Assembly: GCA_051859245.1 (NCBI GenBank)
Contig: JBHYGA010000001.1
Span: forward strand, 1-64,000
Length of the DNA stretch: 64,000 nucleotides
Origin: Gemmatimonadaceae bacterium
GTDB lineage: Bacteria > Gemmatimonadota > Gemmatimonadetes > Gemmatimonadales > Gemmatimonadaceae
Reading direction: 5' to 3'
Both the position numbers and the translations under genes were made by a program. The notes beneath the pieces are model-generated. The model was not told the DNA's origin, searched no databases, and saw nothing but the letters and a program-made list of their open reading frames with translations. Below are positions 1-9,145 of this stretch, one piece after another (position 1 is the first letter of the stretch; every line of letters begins with the position of its first letter).

Positions 1-76
1 GCCGAAAGGCCAAATGGCCGTGGGCTCCCTCCACTGGGCCGAATGACCGAATCAGACTGCGTGCGGCCGCGGCATC
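1..76. repeat. Partial copy (right arm) of a dispersed inverted-repeat element, truncated by the window edge
   Basis: Bases 1-60 match 23214-23273 at 55/60 positions; weaker similarity continues to about base 76. Confidence 0.9.
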
Positions 77-100
77 AGATCGTGCTACTGGCTGACGTGT

Positions 101-1000
101 TTACCGAACGGAACGCATGTCCGTTGCCCCAAACAGACTCTTGGGATCAAACGTGACATTGCCATAACGCGCAATGAAGTGCAGATGCGGGCCCGTGACC
201 CGACCGGTTGCTCCCACATGCCCGATCACGGCGCCGCGCGCGACCGTATCACCTTCCGCCACCAGTTGTTTGCTGAGGTGCAGATACGCCGTGACAAAGC
301 CTGCGCCGTGATCAATGTAGATCACATTGCCGCCCAGATAGAACGCATCAACCAGACGCACCACACCACGATTGGCCGCGCGTACTGGTGCGCCAACCGC
401 ACCCGCGTAATCGGTGCCCATATGTCGACTTGTCACGGCGCCGTTGAACGTGCGACCGCCACCAAATCCACTGGTGATGCGCGTTGTGCGCGGTAACGCG
501 AACGGTTCCGTCCACAGTACTGGCGTAATGTGCGACTCGCGTGACACCGCCGCTGCACGCTCGGCCTCGCGGCGCTGACGCGCGGCCAACGCGGAATCAG
601 GTTTTGCGCTGAATCGCGGCGCTACGGTCAAGCGTTCGAGCGGATACTCGGCGGCACGCGTGGGAATTTTCACGATGGTATTGCTGCCGTCGGCGCACGC
701 CATGGTGAGCGTGAGGCCGCTCCCTGAATCCACCGGCGCTGCCGCGTATGCACTCATCGAATCACCGGCGGTCCGAAAATGCAGCAGTTCGTTCGCCACG
801 CGTACATGCGAGATGCGCGCCATGGCGTCCCGTGGTGCGTTGTTGATATGCACGCGAAAGAGCGAACCGGCGACGGGCGTTGTCGGCGTCCACGAAATGG
901 AGGAGGCTGCAGGACACAGCGGCGATTGCGCATGCGCAACGCCACGCCCTCCTGCAAGCAGCACAAGCGCTGCGACGCTTCCGCGACAGCGCATTGTCAC
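101..1000 (-). CDS. M23 family metallopeptidase, secreted
   Basis: Signal-like N-terminus; HMGTD (HxxxD) and PHLHF motifs; GGNVIYIDHG...YLHLS...GATGRVTGPHLH. Confidence 0.9.
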   Translation of the reverse strand: MTMRCRGSVAALVLLAGGRGVAHAQSPLCPAASSISWTPTTPVAGSLFRVHINNAPRDAMARISHVRVANELLHFRTAGDSMSAYAAAPVDSGSGLTLTMACADGSNTIVKIPTRAAEYPLERLTVAPRFSAKPDSALAARQRREAERAAAVSRESHITPVLWTEPFALPRTTRITSGFGGGRTFNGAVTSRHMGTDYAGAVGAPVRAANRGVVRLVDAFYLGGNVIYIDHGAGFVTAYLHLSKQLVAEGDTVARGAVIGHVGATGRVTGPHLHFIARYGNVTFDPKSLFGATDMRSVR

Positions 1001-1632
1001 GGACTCAGACGACGACGAACCCAGCGTCCACCTTCGCGTCGGTAGGCCATGCGATCATGCAATCGACTCTCACGACCCTGCCAGAACTCAATCTCCTCAG
1101 GCACAACCCGAAAGCCTCCCCAATGCTCCGGCAACGGCACGTCACCCTCAGCGAATCGTTCGGTCAGCTCCGCAAGCTCGCGCTCCAGTTCGGCACGCGA
1201 CGCCAGTTCGTGCGACTGTCGAGAGGCCCACGCGCCAATGCGCGCGCCGCGTGGACGCGACGAGAAGTAAGCGAGTGATTCATCGCGCGACACACGTTGC
1301 ACTGCACCCGCAATGCGTACCTGTCGCTCAAGCTCCGGCCAGAAAAAGCACAGCGCCGCGGCGGGATTATCCGCCAACTCCTGACCCTTACGACTGCGAT
1401 AATCGGTGTAGAACACAAAGCCGCGTGCGTCGACACCTTTGAGCAGCACCATGCGCGCCGAGGGATACGCATCAGGCGTGCAGGTTGCCAATGTCATGGC
1501 GTTTGGCTCAAGACATTCGGCGTCCTGGGCGGCCTGGAACCAGCGCTGAAACTGCGCGATCGGATCCGCGTCAACTTCGTGCTCGCCGAGTGAGGCGAGA
1601 CGGTATTCTTTGCGAAGGCTTGCAATGGACAT
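997..1632 (-). CDS. pdxH: Pyridoxamine 5'-phosphate oxidase
   Basis: LRKEY, PSARMVLLKG, SRKG, YFSSRP, EFWQGRESRLHDR, RLSP C-terminus. Confidence 0.97.
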   Translation of the reverse strand: MSIASLRKEYRLASLGEHEVDADPIAQFQRWFQAAQDAECLEPNAMTLATCTPDAYPSARMVLLKGVDARGFVFYTDYRSRKGQELADNPAAALCFFWPELERQVRIAGAVQRVSRDESLAYFSSRPRGARIGAWASRQSHELASRAELERELAELTERFAEGDVPLPEHWGGFRVVPEEIEFWQGRESRLHDRMAYRREGGRWVRRRLSP

Positions 1633-1650
1633 GCCTTCAAAACTAGTCGT

Positions 1651-2568
1651 CTACGGTCGTGAGACGAGATCTCCTGCATTCACACGCGGTGACGAGCGCC
1701 GTTCTTCAACAAGCAAGCCGTGCGCGCTGCCAACATCACCAGCCCAGCGTCGCGCCACTCCGACACTCGACTCGCGCACCATGAGCTGCGCTGACGGACC
1801 GGTGGCCAACAACGCGGCACGCTGCGCGCCCAGTGCACGCATGATGGACGCGAGCTCCGGCAGCGACACGCCCAACGGCGCGGTGCCCGATGCGGAACCC
1901 ACACCATCAAAGTGGGCGAGCACAAACAGCATGCTACCGTCCGCTCTGGTCCCAATGGCCAGCCGCCGATCACGCGATTCCGCATCCAGTCGCGCGCGCT
2001 GGCTACAGATATGTGCGTCGATCGCACCGCGATCGCTCACCAGCTGTGCGTTCAGTGGCAGCTCACCAATCAGTTGCGTGAAGGACACCGGCGACGAGCC
2101 CAGATCAGCGGCGTGCGAGGTACCGGCGGCGAGTCGGGCCGTGAGTGGCGCGTCATCAATCGTCCACGCGGCGCGTGATTCCCCGGTGCTGGACGTCGCT
2201 GTGGGCGTGTGCTGCAGGCTGACTTCTCCTGCCTGTACCGCGGCGACCAGCACGCGGACGGGAAGCCGGGCCGCCCCAACTACCACTCGCCATTCCCCCC
2301 ACCGCACGATGTTGTCACCACCGCGCCACCTGATCTCCCGCGCGACGTTGGCTGCGAGCAGCGTGCGCGCGCGCTGGTCACCGCACGGCGGGGCCGAAAC
2401 GAGCGGCGGCTCTTGCCCGGACGTGAACAACGTGTCGTCAACGTCCGGCTGATCGAGTAGCTCTGCGAAAACCACCACCGCAATGACCGAAGCGCAGATG
2501 AACGCGCACGCCATGGCACAGGCCGCGGCGAGCTGCCCGGAGCGCGCCAAACGCCGACTCATCATCAT
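1651..2568 (-). CDS. Phosphodiester glycosidase (NAGPA/DUF2233)-like exported protein with a degenerate motif
   Basis: N-terminal hydrophobic segment; RLAIG...GVSLPELASIMRALGAQRAALLATGPSAQL resembles the family C-terminus (normally A.xLDGGGS). Confidence 0.6.
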   Translation of the reverse strand: MMMSRRLARSGQLAAACAMACAFICASVIAVVVFAELLDQPDVDDTLFTSGQEPPLVSAPPCGDQRARTLLAANVAREIRWRGGDNIVRWGEWRVVVGAARLPVRVLVAAVQAGEVSLQHTPTATSSTGESRAAWTIDDAPLTARLAAGTSHAADLGSSPVSFTQLIGELPLNAQLVSDRGAIDAHICSQRARLDAESRDRRLAIGTRADGSMLFVLAHFDGVGSASGTAPLGVSLPELASIMRALGAQRAALLATGPSAQLMVRESSVGVARRWAGDVGSAHGLLVEERRSSPRVNAGDLVSRP

Positions 2569-2710
2569 GAGCGGCGCCCTCTCGGGTAGCGTGGATGGAT
2601 CACTCTGCGACGTCGCATACGATGTGTGCCATTGAGGAGTGAAGCGGCTGACTAGCGGCTCGGTGCGGGAGTGCTAGCTTCTTGATCGTGCGGGAAATCT
2701 GGTCTGCACC

Positions 2711-2747
2711 ATCAACCGCACATCGACCAATCGACCGGTTTTCAACA
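2711..2747. promoter_or_regulatory. Candidate SARP-type direct-repeat binding sites
   Basis: ATCAACC (2711), ATCGACC (2722), ATCGACC (2730), TTCAACA (2741): two pairs spaced 11 bp, just upstream of a SARP/BTAD gene. Confidence 0.4.
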
Positions 2748-2749
2748 CC

Positions 2750-5700
2750 ATGTCTCGCAACGGGTTGAGACTCCTCACGCTGGGCCAACTGGACCTCGTC
2801 CGTGCTACGGGCGAGGCGGCTGACCCGTCGTTGAGCACCCGTCGACGCAAGCTTGCCCTGCTGGCTGTTCTCGCTGTGCACCGCAGGCCGATCGCCCGCG
2901 ACACGCTGCTGGAGTATTTCTGGGGCGACCAGGATGAGGCCAAGGCGCGTCATTCGCTGAGCGACACGTTGTCGCATCTTCGCCGAGTGCTTGGTCGGGA
3001 GGCGATCCTCACCACACCCACAACGGCGGCGTTGGCCACCGACGATGGACTGCTCGATGTGGACGCGCTGGAGTTTGTGGCCGCCGTTCAGCGCAATGAT
3101 GCGGCCGCGGCGATCGAGTTGTATCACGGGCCGTTTCTTGATGGACTGGGTCGCGGTACTTCGGCGGCTTTCGAACAGTGGCTTGATGGTGTTCGCTCGC
3201 AGTTCGATCGCCGGTTCGCGCTGGCATGTGAGCAGCGATGCGCGGAGTTGGCGGACGCAGACCGGTGGGACGAGTGTGCGGAGATCGCGAGTCGGTGGCA
3301 GGTGCGCGATCCGGCCTCTTCTGGCGCCATGCACTTCCAGCTGCGCGCAATGGCTGCGCCAGGCGATCGGGAGGCGGCCCTCGCGGCGCTGCGCTCTTTT
3401 GACCGGTACCGCGCGCGGCTCGCCGACGATTACGGAATGCGACCGGATCAGGCGCTGGCGGACTTCGCGGCGCAACTGGCGGATCGTGTGCGCGAGTCCG
3501 ATGCACGTGTGGGTACGACCACGGAGTTCGCCGCGCTGCTGCGCACGGGTCCGCAGCGCGCCGTACAGCCGGTGGCGGACCGCGATGCTACACTCGCTGC
3601 GGCGGCGCTCGAGGAGTCGTTGCACGCGGTCGTGCCTGCGGGTGCGACGCCGGCCACGGCAGCAGCCACGGCAGCAACGTTGGCGGCGGACACGGCGTCA
3701 CCGCTCACGCGTTCTGATGAATCCACACAACCGGCCGTCGCCGCAACGCCACGCGCGCCAACGCCACGCGCGCCAAACGTGCGGCGTTGGTGGCGTTCGC
3801 GAACCGCTGTCCTCGGCGCACTCGGCGTGTTCGCGCTCGCGATCTTCGTGGCCGTGCAAAAAGACTATCTGAGTCTGTCGGTCACATCGAGCAATCTCGA
3901 TAAGCCGGGTGTTGTCGCAAAACCCCTGATCGCATTCACCGATATTCGTCTGGTGCGCGGTGATTCCGCCGAGCTGTGGATTACCGACGGCCTTTCGCAG
4001 TTGATCACGGCATCGCTCGCGCGCAGTACGTCGCTTGATGTGGTGACGCCCGCGCGTGTGCGCGATGCGACGCTACGCGCCGAACTTGATCCGAACCGAC
4101 TCGATGCTGATGCGGCGTTGGTCGTAGCTCGCTCGGTGCAAGCGGACTTGCTAGTGCGCGGAGGACTCGTGCACGGTGACACCCTGCTGTTGCTCGATCT
4201 CACCGTTACCGATGCAAAGACTGGCAACACGGTTGAAGTGCTTGCGGCGCAAGGTCGCGATCTTGTCACGCTCGCCTCCGCTGCCGCCGCGCGCATTGCC
4301 GATGTGACCGGTGGCAGTGTGCCAGGTCCGCGTGTGGCCGATCTCGAAACGCCGAGCGCGGAGGCATTCGAGCGATACATGCGCGCGCTGCGTTTGATGG
4401 ATGGCTTGAGCATTGATGGCGCGACCGCAGAACTCGATGCGGCGATTGCAATTGACTCTGGATTTGTAAGTGCGCTGGTTGAGCGCCTTGGAATTGCGAA
4501 CTCGCGCGGAGAGACAGAGATCGCGGCGCGCCTCAGTCGGCAAATCGACAAGAACGCATATCGCGCGAGCGCGTGGGTGCGATTGATTCGTGAAGCCGAT
4601 CAGGCCCGCGGACAGGGCGACACGCGTCGTACGCTCACGCTGTTGCAGGAACTGGTCGCACGCCATCCGCGCGATCCTCGGGCGTACAGTCATCTCGCCG
4701 GACTGTACGGACATCTGGGAGACTTTGCCAAAGCGGAGTCGGTGACGGTAGTGCAGCTGTCGCTCGATTCACTGGCGACAACCGTGGGTCGTGGCCCGTG
4801 CGCGGCGTGCGCGGCGTATGGCGGTTTGCGCATGTGGCGCACGCTCAGCGGTGATCTGCAGGGTGCACTGGCGGCGTCGCGACGGATATCAGATCTGCAG
4901 CCAGAGCTTCCGGGCGCGTGGATCGGCCTGCTGGAGTCGGCGGCCATTTTGCGCGATTCTGCCGAAGCCGATCGCGCCTGGAGTCGTCTGGTGTCGCTGA
5001 TTGGTCAGCCCGACGCGAATCTTCGCGCGCTCTACGCGCGCATGCAGCTGTTGTTGCGCCGATTCGACGTTGCGGATTCGATACTCATCACACTTGAGCG
5101 GGATCCGGATCGGCTGGCGCGCATCGTTGGGTACGATGTGCGTGCACTGTACTGGCGTGAGCTCGGGGACTGGGCGCGCGCGAACGCGTCGCTTGATCAA
5201 TGGGAACGCGAAGGTGCCGACCGCTACGTGGCCAACATGATGCGCGGTAACAGTCTGAGTCGGCTTGGTCTGTACGCGCAGGCAGAAAAACCGTATCGCG
5301 ACTTGCTGGCCACACTGCCGCGAGAACCGATCGGCGAATGGTCGCGCATGAGTTCATGGATCACCGCGAACATGGCAGACGCGATTGCGCCAGGCGGCGA
5401 CACGGTGAAGCTCAAACAGCTGGCCGATTCCGTGGAGCTGTTCAGCCGTCGCTCCTATTACACCCGCGATGCGCATTTGCCGTATCACATTCGTGGGCTT
5501 GTGGCGGTGCGAGGCAATCGTCTGACCGAAGCACGCGACTTGTTTCAGAGAGCGCGTTGGGGCGCACATGGCTGGACACGTACCAACGCGGAGCTGGCAC
5601 GTGTGCTCGATAAACTTGGTGATCGAGATGGCGCGGAACAGGTGCGACGCGACGCGCTCGGCTCAAACCTCGACGCCATGGGCCGCTACGAGCCGCGCAC

Positions 5701-5785
5701 CACATTCCTGCGCGAGCTCGGTGAATCAGATCCGGCAGCGGCGGCGGCGATCCGAGCGGGTGTTGGCCGCTCGGCGCGCCGTTAA
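2750..5785 (+). CDS. SARP/BTAD-domain transcriptional regulator with a central TM helix and C-terminal TPR region
   Basis: LLTLGQL...RKLALLAVLA...RDTLLEYFWGD...LSHLRRVLG winged HTH; LYHGPFLDG...FEQWL BTAD; hydrophobic span AVLGALGVFALAIFVAV; helical repeats follow. Confidence 0.88.
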   Translation: MSRNGLRLLTLGQLDLVRATGEAADPSLSTRRRKLALLAVLAVHRRPIARDTLLEYFWGDQDEAKARHSLSDTLSHLRRVLGREAILTTPTTAALATDDGLLDVDALEFVAAVQRNDAAAAIELYHGPFLDGLGRGTSAAFEQWLDGVRSQFDRRFALACEQRCAELADADRWDECAEIASRWQVRDPASSGAMHFQLRAMAAPGDREAALAALRSFDRYRARLADDYGMRPDQALADFAAQLADRVRESDARVGTTTEFAALLRTGPQRAVQPVADRDATLAAAALEESLHAVVPAGATPATAAATAATLAADTASPLTRSDESTQPAVAATPRAPTPRAPNVRRWWRSRTAVLGALGVFALAIFVAVQKDYLSLSVTSSNLDKPGVVAKPLIAFTDIRLVRGDSAELWITDGLSQLITASLARSTSLDVVTPARVRDATLRAELDPNRLDADAALVVARSVQADLLVRGGLVHGDTLLLLDLTVTDAKTGNTVEVLAAQGRDLVTLASAAAARIADVTGGSVPGPRVADLETPSAEAFERYMRALRLMDGLSIDGATAELDAAIAIDSGFVSALVERLGIANSRGETEIAARLSRQIDKNAYRASAWVRLIREADQARGQGDTRRTLTLLQELVARHPRDPRAYSHLAGLYGHLGDFAKAESVTVVQLSLDSLATTVGRGPCAACAAYGGLRMWRTLSGDLQGALAASRRISDLQPELPGAWIGLLESAAILRDSAEADRAWSRLVSLIGQPDANLRALYARMQLLLRRFDVADSILITLERDPDRLARIVGYDVRALYWRELGDWARANASLDQWEREGADRYVANMMRGNSLSRLGLYAQAEKPYRDLLATLPREPIGEWSRMSSWITANMADAIAPGGDTVKLKQLADSVELFSRRSYYTRDAHLPYHIRGLVAVRGNRLTEARDLFQRARWGAHGWTRTNAELARVLDKLGDRDGAEQVRRDALGSNLDAMGRYEPRTTFLRELGESDPAAAAAIRAGVGRSARR
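3744..3773 (+). repeat. 15-bp tandem duplication in the linker (encodes TPRAP twice)
   Basis: CAACGCCACGCGCGC occurs twice in tandem. Confidence 0.85.
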
Positions 5786-5788
5786 ACG

Positions 5789-6886
5789 CTACACCTCAAC
5801 AAGCGGCAGCTTCGCGCGCGGATATTCTTCGGGCACGCCGGCGAACGCATCACCGGTATACTCCGCGCCATCCGGTGTTTCCAGCACAAAGCCCGCATCT
5901 TCGATCATGCGCAAATCGTCACGCGCCGTTTGACCCTGCGTGGTGAGATAGTCGCCAATGAAAATCGAGTTGGCGGGATACAAACCGAGTGGCTGCAGAC
6001 TGCGCAGATGCACTTCGCGTCCACCCGAGATGCGGATCTCCTGCGACGGCAAGAGCAAACGATACAGCACCAGAATGCGCAGGCAACGACGCGGGTCGAG
6101 CTGACGCACGTTTGCTAGCGGTGTGCCTTCCACCGGAATCAGAAAGTTTACTGGTACGGACTTCACATCGATTGCGCGCAGTGACAACGCGAGATCAATC
6201 ACATCGTCGTCTGTTTCACCCATGCCGAGAATGCCGCCCGAGCACGTCTTTACACCCGCGGCTTTCACAGCTTCGACAGTCGCAACGCGATCATCGTACG
6301 TGTGGGTGCTCACGATCTCGCTGGTAAAGCGCGCCGAGGCATTGAGGTTGTGATTGATCGTTTCAACGCCGGCGTCTTTCAGGCGACCCACTTGTTCGGC
6401 GTTCAGCAATCCCAGGCATGCACAAATTTTGAGATCGTGTTTGTCGCGCACTGCACGCACCGCTTCGAGCACTTTGCCGAACACACGTTCACCCGGCGCG
6501 CGTCCCGAAATCACCATGCAGAGCGTGCCAGCCTTGAGCTGCGCCGCGCGATCTGCGGCTTCCATGATGCGATCCTGCGCGAGCATCGGATACTTCTCGA
6601 TCTCAGCCGCTGAAATCGACGACTGTGAGCAATAGCCGCAGTCTTCCGGGCACAATCCACTCTGTGCATTCAGGAGAAAGTGCAGTCGCACACGATTGCC
6701 CCAGTAGTGCCTGCGCACGCGATACGCCGCCGCGAGTTGATCAAGCAGCTGATCATCCGGCGCACTCAATACGGAGTGCGCCTGCTCGCGCGTGAGTTCT
6801 CCGCCCGACAGCGAAATGTCGGCCATTTCCTGCCAATTCGGAGCAACGTACGACGGCTTGTGCGATTGCGACTGCGGAAGCGACAT
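5789..6886 (-). CDS. bioB: Biotin synthase (radical SAM)
   Basis: [38 protein letters not shown]. Confidence 0.97.
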   Translation of the reverse strand: MSLPQSQSHKPSYVAPNWQEMADISLSGGELTREQAHSVLSAPDDQLLDQLAAAYRVRRHYWGNRVRLHFLLNAQSGLCPEDCGYCSQSSISAAEIEKYPMLAQDRIMEAADRAAQLKAGTLCMVISGRAPGERVFGKVLEAVRAVRDKHDLKICACLGLLNAEQVGRLKDAGVETINHNLNASARFTSEIVSTHTYDDRVATVEAVKAAGVKTCSGGILGMGETDDDVIDLALSLRAIDVKSVPVNFLIPVEGTPLANVRQLDPRRCLRILVLYRLLLPSQEIRISGGREVHLRSLQPLGLYPANSIFIGDYLTTQGQTARDDLRMIEDAGFVLETPDGAEYTGDAFAGVPEEYPRAKLPLVEV

Positions 6887-6909
6887 GCAGGTCTCGGAAA
6901 AGCGTGTGT

Positions 6910-7710
6910 TCAGGCGGGCAACGGCGACGGTGGCGCCGCGAGCGACGAAATGCCAGGGAGCGAGTGATCAGGTGTAGCACCAGGTGGTACGAGCAATTGC
7001 GCGAGCCCGGTGCCTTCGGCCGCTGCGCATAACGCGTCGGCGTCTTCCCAACGATCCACCCACGGAAAACGAAGGCATCGCACGTGCGGGAGCAAGTCCG
7101 TGAGCGCATCAAAGTTGGTGGCTTCCGCCACTGATGCATCGCGTCCCGTGAGGGACGTGAGTACTACGGCGCGAACACGAAGCCCGACCGACGCCGCGGC
7201 GTGCACGGTGAGTAAGGTGTGATTGATAACGCCGAGCTTATTACCCGCCACAATCACGAGTTCACAGCGCCACCGAGCGAACAGGTCCGCATACGAGAAG
7301 GTCTGTGTGATCGGCACAAGCAAACCACCGGCACCTTCAACGAGAATCAGATCGCGATTGTCGGCGAGCGCGTGATAGGCGCGGTCGAGGTGCTCCAGAT
7401 CGATCGTGAGCCCCGCCCGCCGTGCGGCAACCATCGGAGCCAGCGGCTCGACAAGGCCAACCGGGCGAATCAGCTCCAGCGCATCCGATACGCCAGCGGC
7501 TGTTCGGAGTCGTTCGGCATCGGAGCGCATGGACGGGCTGTCAACGCGCGTGCGCGCAAACACACCGGTCTCAAGCGGCTTCATGGCCGCGATGCGCAGT
7601 CCACGAGACCTCGCCATGGCCAGCAGGGCGCACGAGACGACGGTTTTGCCAATCTCCGTGTCGGTACCAGTAACGCCAAGCCGAATCGGTGCGTCAGTCG
7701 ACATCTCCAC
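6910..7710 (-). CDS. bioD: Dethiobiotin synthase
   Basis: [13 protein letters not shown]-loop, [26 protein letters not shown]. Confidence 0.96.
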   Translation of the reverse strand: MEMSTDAPIRLGVTGTDTEIGKTVVSCALLAMARSRGLRIAAMKPLETGVFARTRVDSPSMRSDAERLRTAAGVSDALELIRPVGLVEPLAPMVAARRAGLTIDLEHLDRAYHALADNRDLILVEGAGGLLVPITQTFSYADLFARWRCELVIVAGNKLGVINHTLLTVHAAASVGLRVRAVVLTSLTGRDASVAEATNFDALTDLLPHVRCLRFPWVDRWEDADALCAAAEGTGLAQLLVPPGATPDHSLPGISSLAAPPSPLPA

Positions 7711-9145
7711 CCTCTGCGTGAGAAGCCCGTTCTCCCTCGAGGAACCGCGTCAGCACGCTATATACGCGCGACAGCTCTTCGGCGCTCGTGCAATACGGTG
7801 GCAGCACATACGCCACGTTACCTAACGGCCGAAGCAGCACGCCGGATTCGATCGCGAACGCGCTCAGCTCCCGACCGATTTCGCTGAGGTAGCCCGCCGT
7901 GCCCCCCAACTCCACAGCCGCCACGGTACCAATCTGACGTGTCGCGCGCACCAAAGGATGCCCCTTGAGCGCCGCGAGATGTGTGGCCTGCGCCACTTCG
8001 ATTGCAATGCGCGCGTCTTCGGACGCTTCGTCGTGCAGCGCGAGCGCGGCCCGTGCGGCGGCGCAGGCGATGGGATTTGCCGTGTACGAATGACCGTGAA
8101 AAAACGTTCGCGTGCGATCGCCAAGAAACGCGTCAAAGATGCGTTCGGTCGCGATCGTTGCGCCGAGCGGCATGAACCCACCCGTGAGCCCTTTCGACAA
8201 GCACATGAGATCGGGCGACACGTCTGCGCGCTCGCAGGCCCACATAGGTCCTGTGCGACCAAAACCGGTGAGCACTTCGTCCGCGATAAGATGCACACCG
8301 GCCGCGCGGGTGCGTTCACGAATGCCTTGCAACACGCGTTCGTCCCAAACGCGCATGCCGCCAGCACCGAGCAACAACGGTTCCACAATCACCGCTGCCA
8401 GGTCATGGCCGCGTGCGTCAATCAACTGATCAAGCGCGCGCAGGGTGTCACCTTCAGACGGATCGGGCAATCGCGCCACTTCGAACAGCAGCGGATCAAA
8501 CGGCGTGGTAAACAAGCCGCGCCCACTCGCCGCCATCGCACCAAACGTGTCGCCGTGATACGCGTGTTCGAGTGCCGCTACCAGTTTGCGCGGCGTGCCG
8601 CTGTTTGCAAACGCCTGCAGCGACATCTTGATCGCGACTTCAACGGCGGTTGAGCCGTTGTCGGAGAAAAACACGCGCGCCAGACCACGCGGCATGCGCG
8701 CGATCAGCGCGGCGCCAAGCTCCACGGCCGGTTCATGCGTAAAGCCCGCGAACATGACGTGATCGAGTGTGCGCGCCTGCTTCGCAATCGCATTGGCAAT
8801 CTGTGGATTGCAGTGGCCGTGCGTGGTAACCCACCATGAAGAAATCGCATCGAACACCGGACGGCCATTCGATTCGTACAACCACGCGCCCTGACTTCGC
8901 GCAATCGGCAGCGGTAGCGCCATGCCCTGATGCTGCGTGTACGGATGCCACAAATGTGCCTGGTCGAGAACCAGCAACTGCTGCTCCTCGGCCGAGTACT
9001 CGCGCGCGCCGACGGCTACTCCCAGCGGGTTTTCCGGGAGCAGTTCTTCGTCGTCGTCATCGTCGTACGCATCACCAAAGGGCTCGTCCGCGGGGCCATC
9101 GAACGATTCGTCGGAGATGTTGTACTCGTCATCATCATCGATCAT
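7694..9145 (-). CDS. bioA: Adenosylmethionine-8-amino-7-oxononanoate aminotransferase with an acidic N-terminal extension
   Basis: LWHPYTQ, DAISSWWV, DNGSTAVEVAIKM, DEVLTGFGRTG, SKGLTGG; ATGA overlap with the bioF stop. Confidence 0.96.
   Translation of the reverse strand: MIDDDDEYNISDESFDGPADEPFGDAYDDDDDEELLPENPLGVAVGAREYSAEEQQLLVLDQAHLWHPYTQHQGMALPLPIARSQGAWLYESNGRPVFDAISSWWVTTHGHCNPQIANAIAKQARTLDHVMFAGFTHEPAVELGAALIARMPRGLARVFFSDNGSTAVEVAIKMSLQAFANSGTPRKLVAALEHAYHGDTFGAMAASGRGLFTTPFDPLLFEVARLPDPSEGDTLRALDQLIDARGHDLAAVIVEPLLLGAGGMRVWDERVLQGIRERTRAAGVHLIADEVLTGFGRTGPMWACERADVSPDLMCLSKGLTGGFMPLGATIATERIFDAFLGDRTRTFFHGHSYTANPIACAAARAALALHDEASEDARIAIEVAQATHLAALKGHPLVRATRQIGTVAAVELGGTAGYLSEIGRELSAFAIESGVLLRPLGNVAYVLPPYCTSAEELSRVYSVLTRFLEGERASHAEGGDVD

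Noticed and set aside
2600..3625. 341-aa antisense ORF
   Set aside because: Shadow of the SARP gene with no recognisable motifs.
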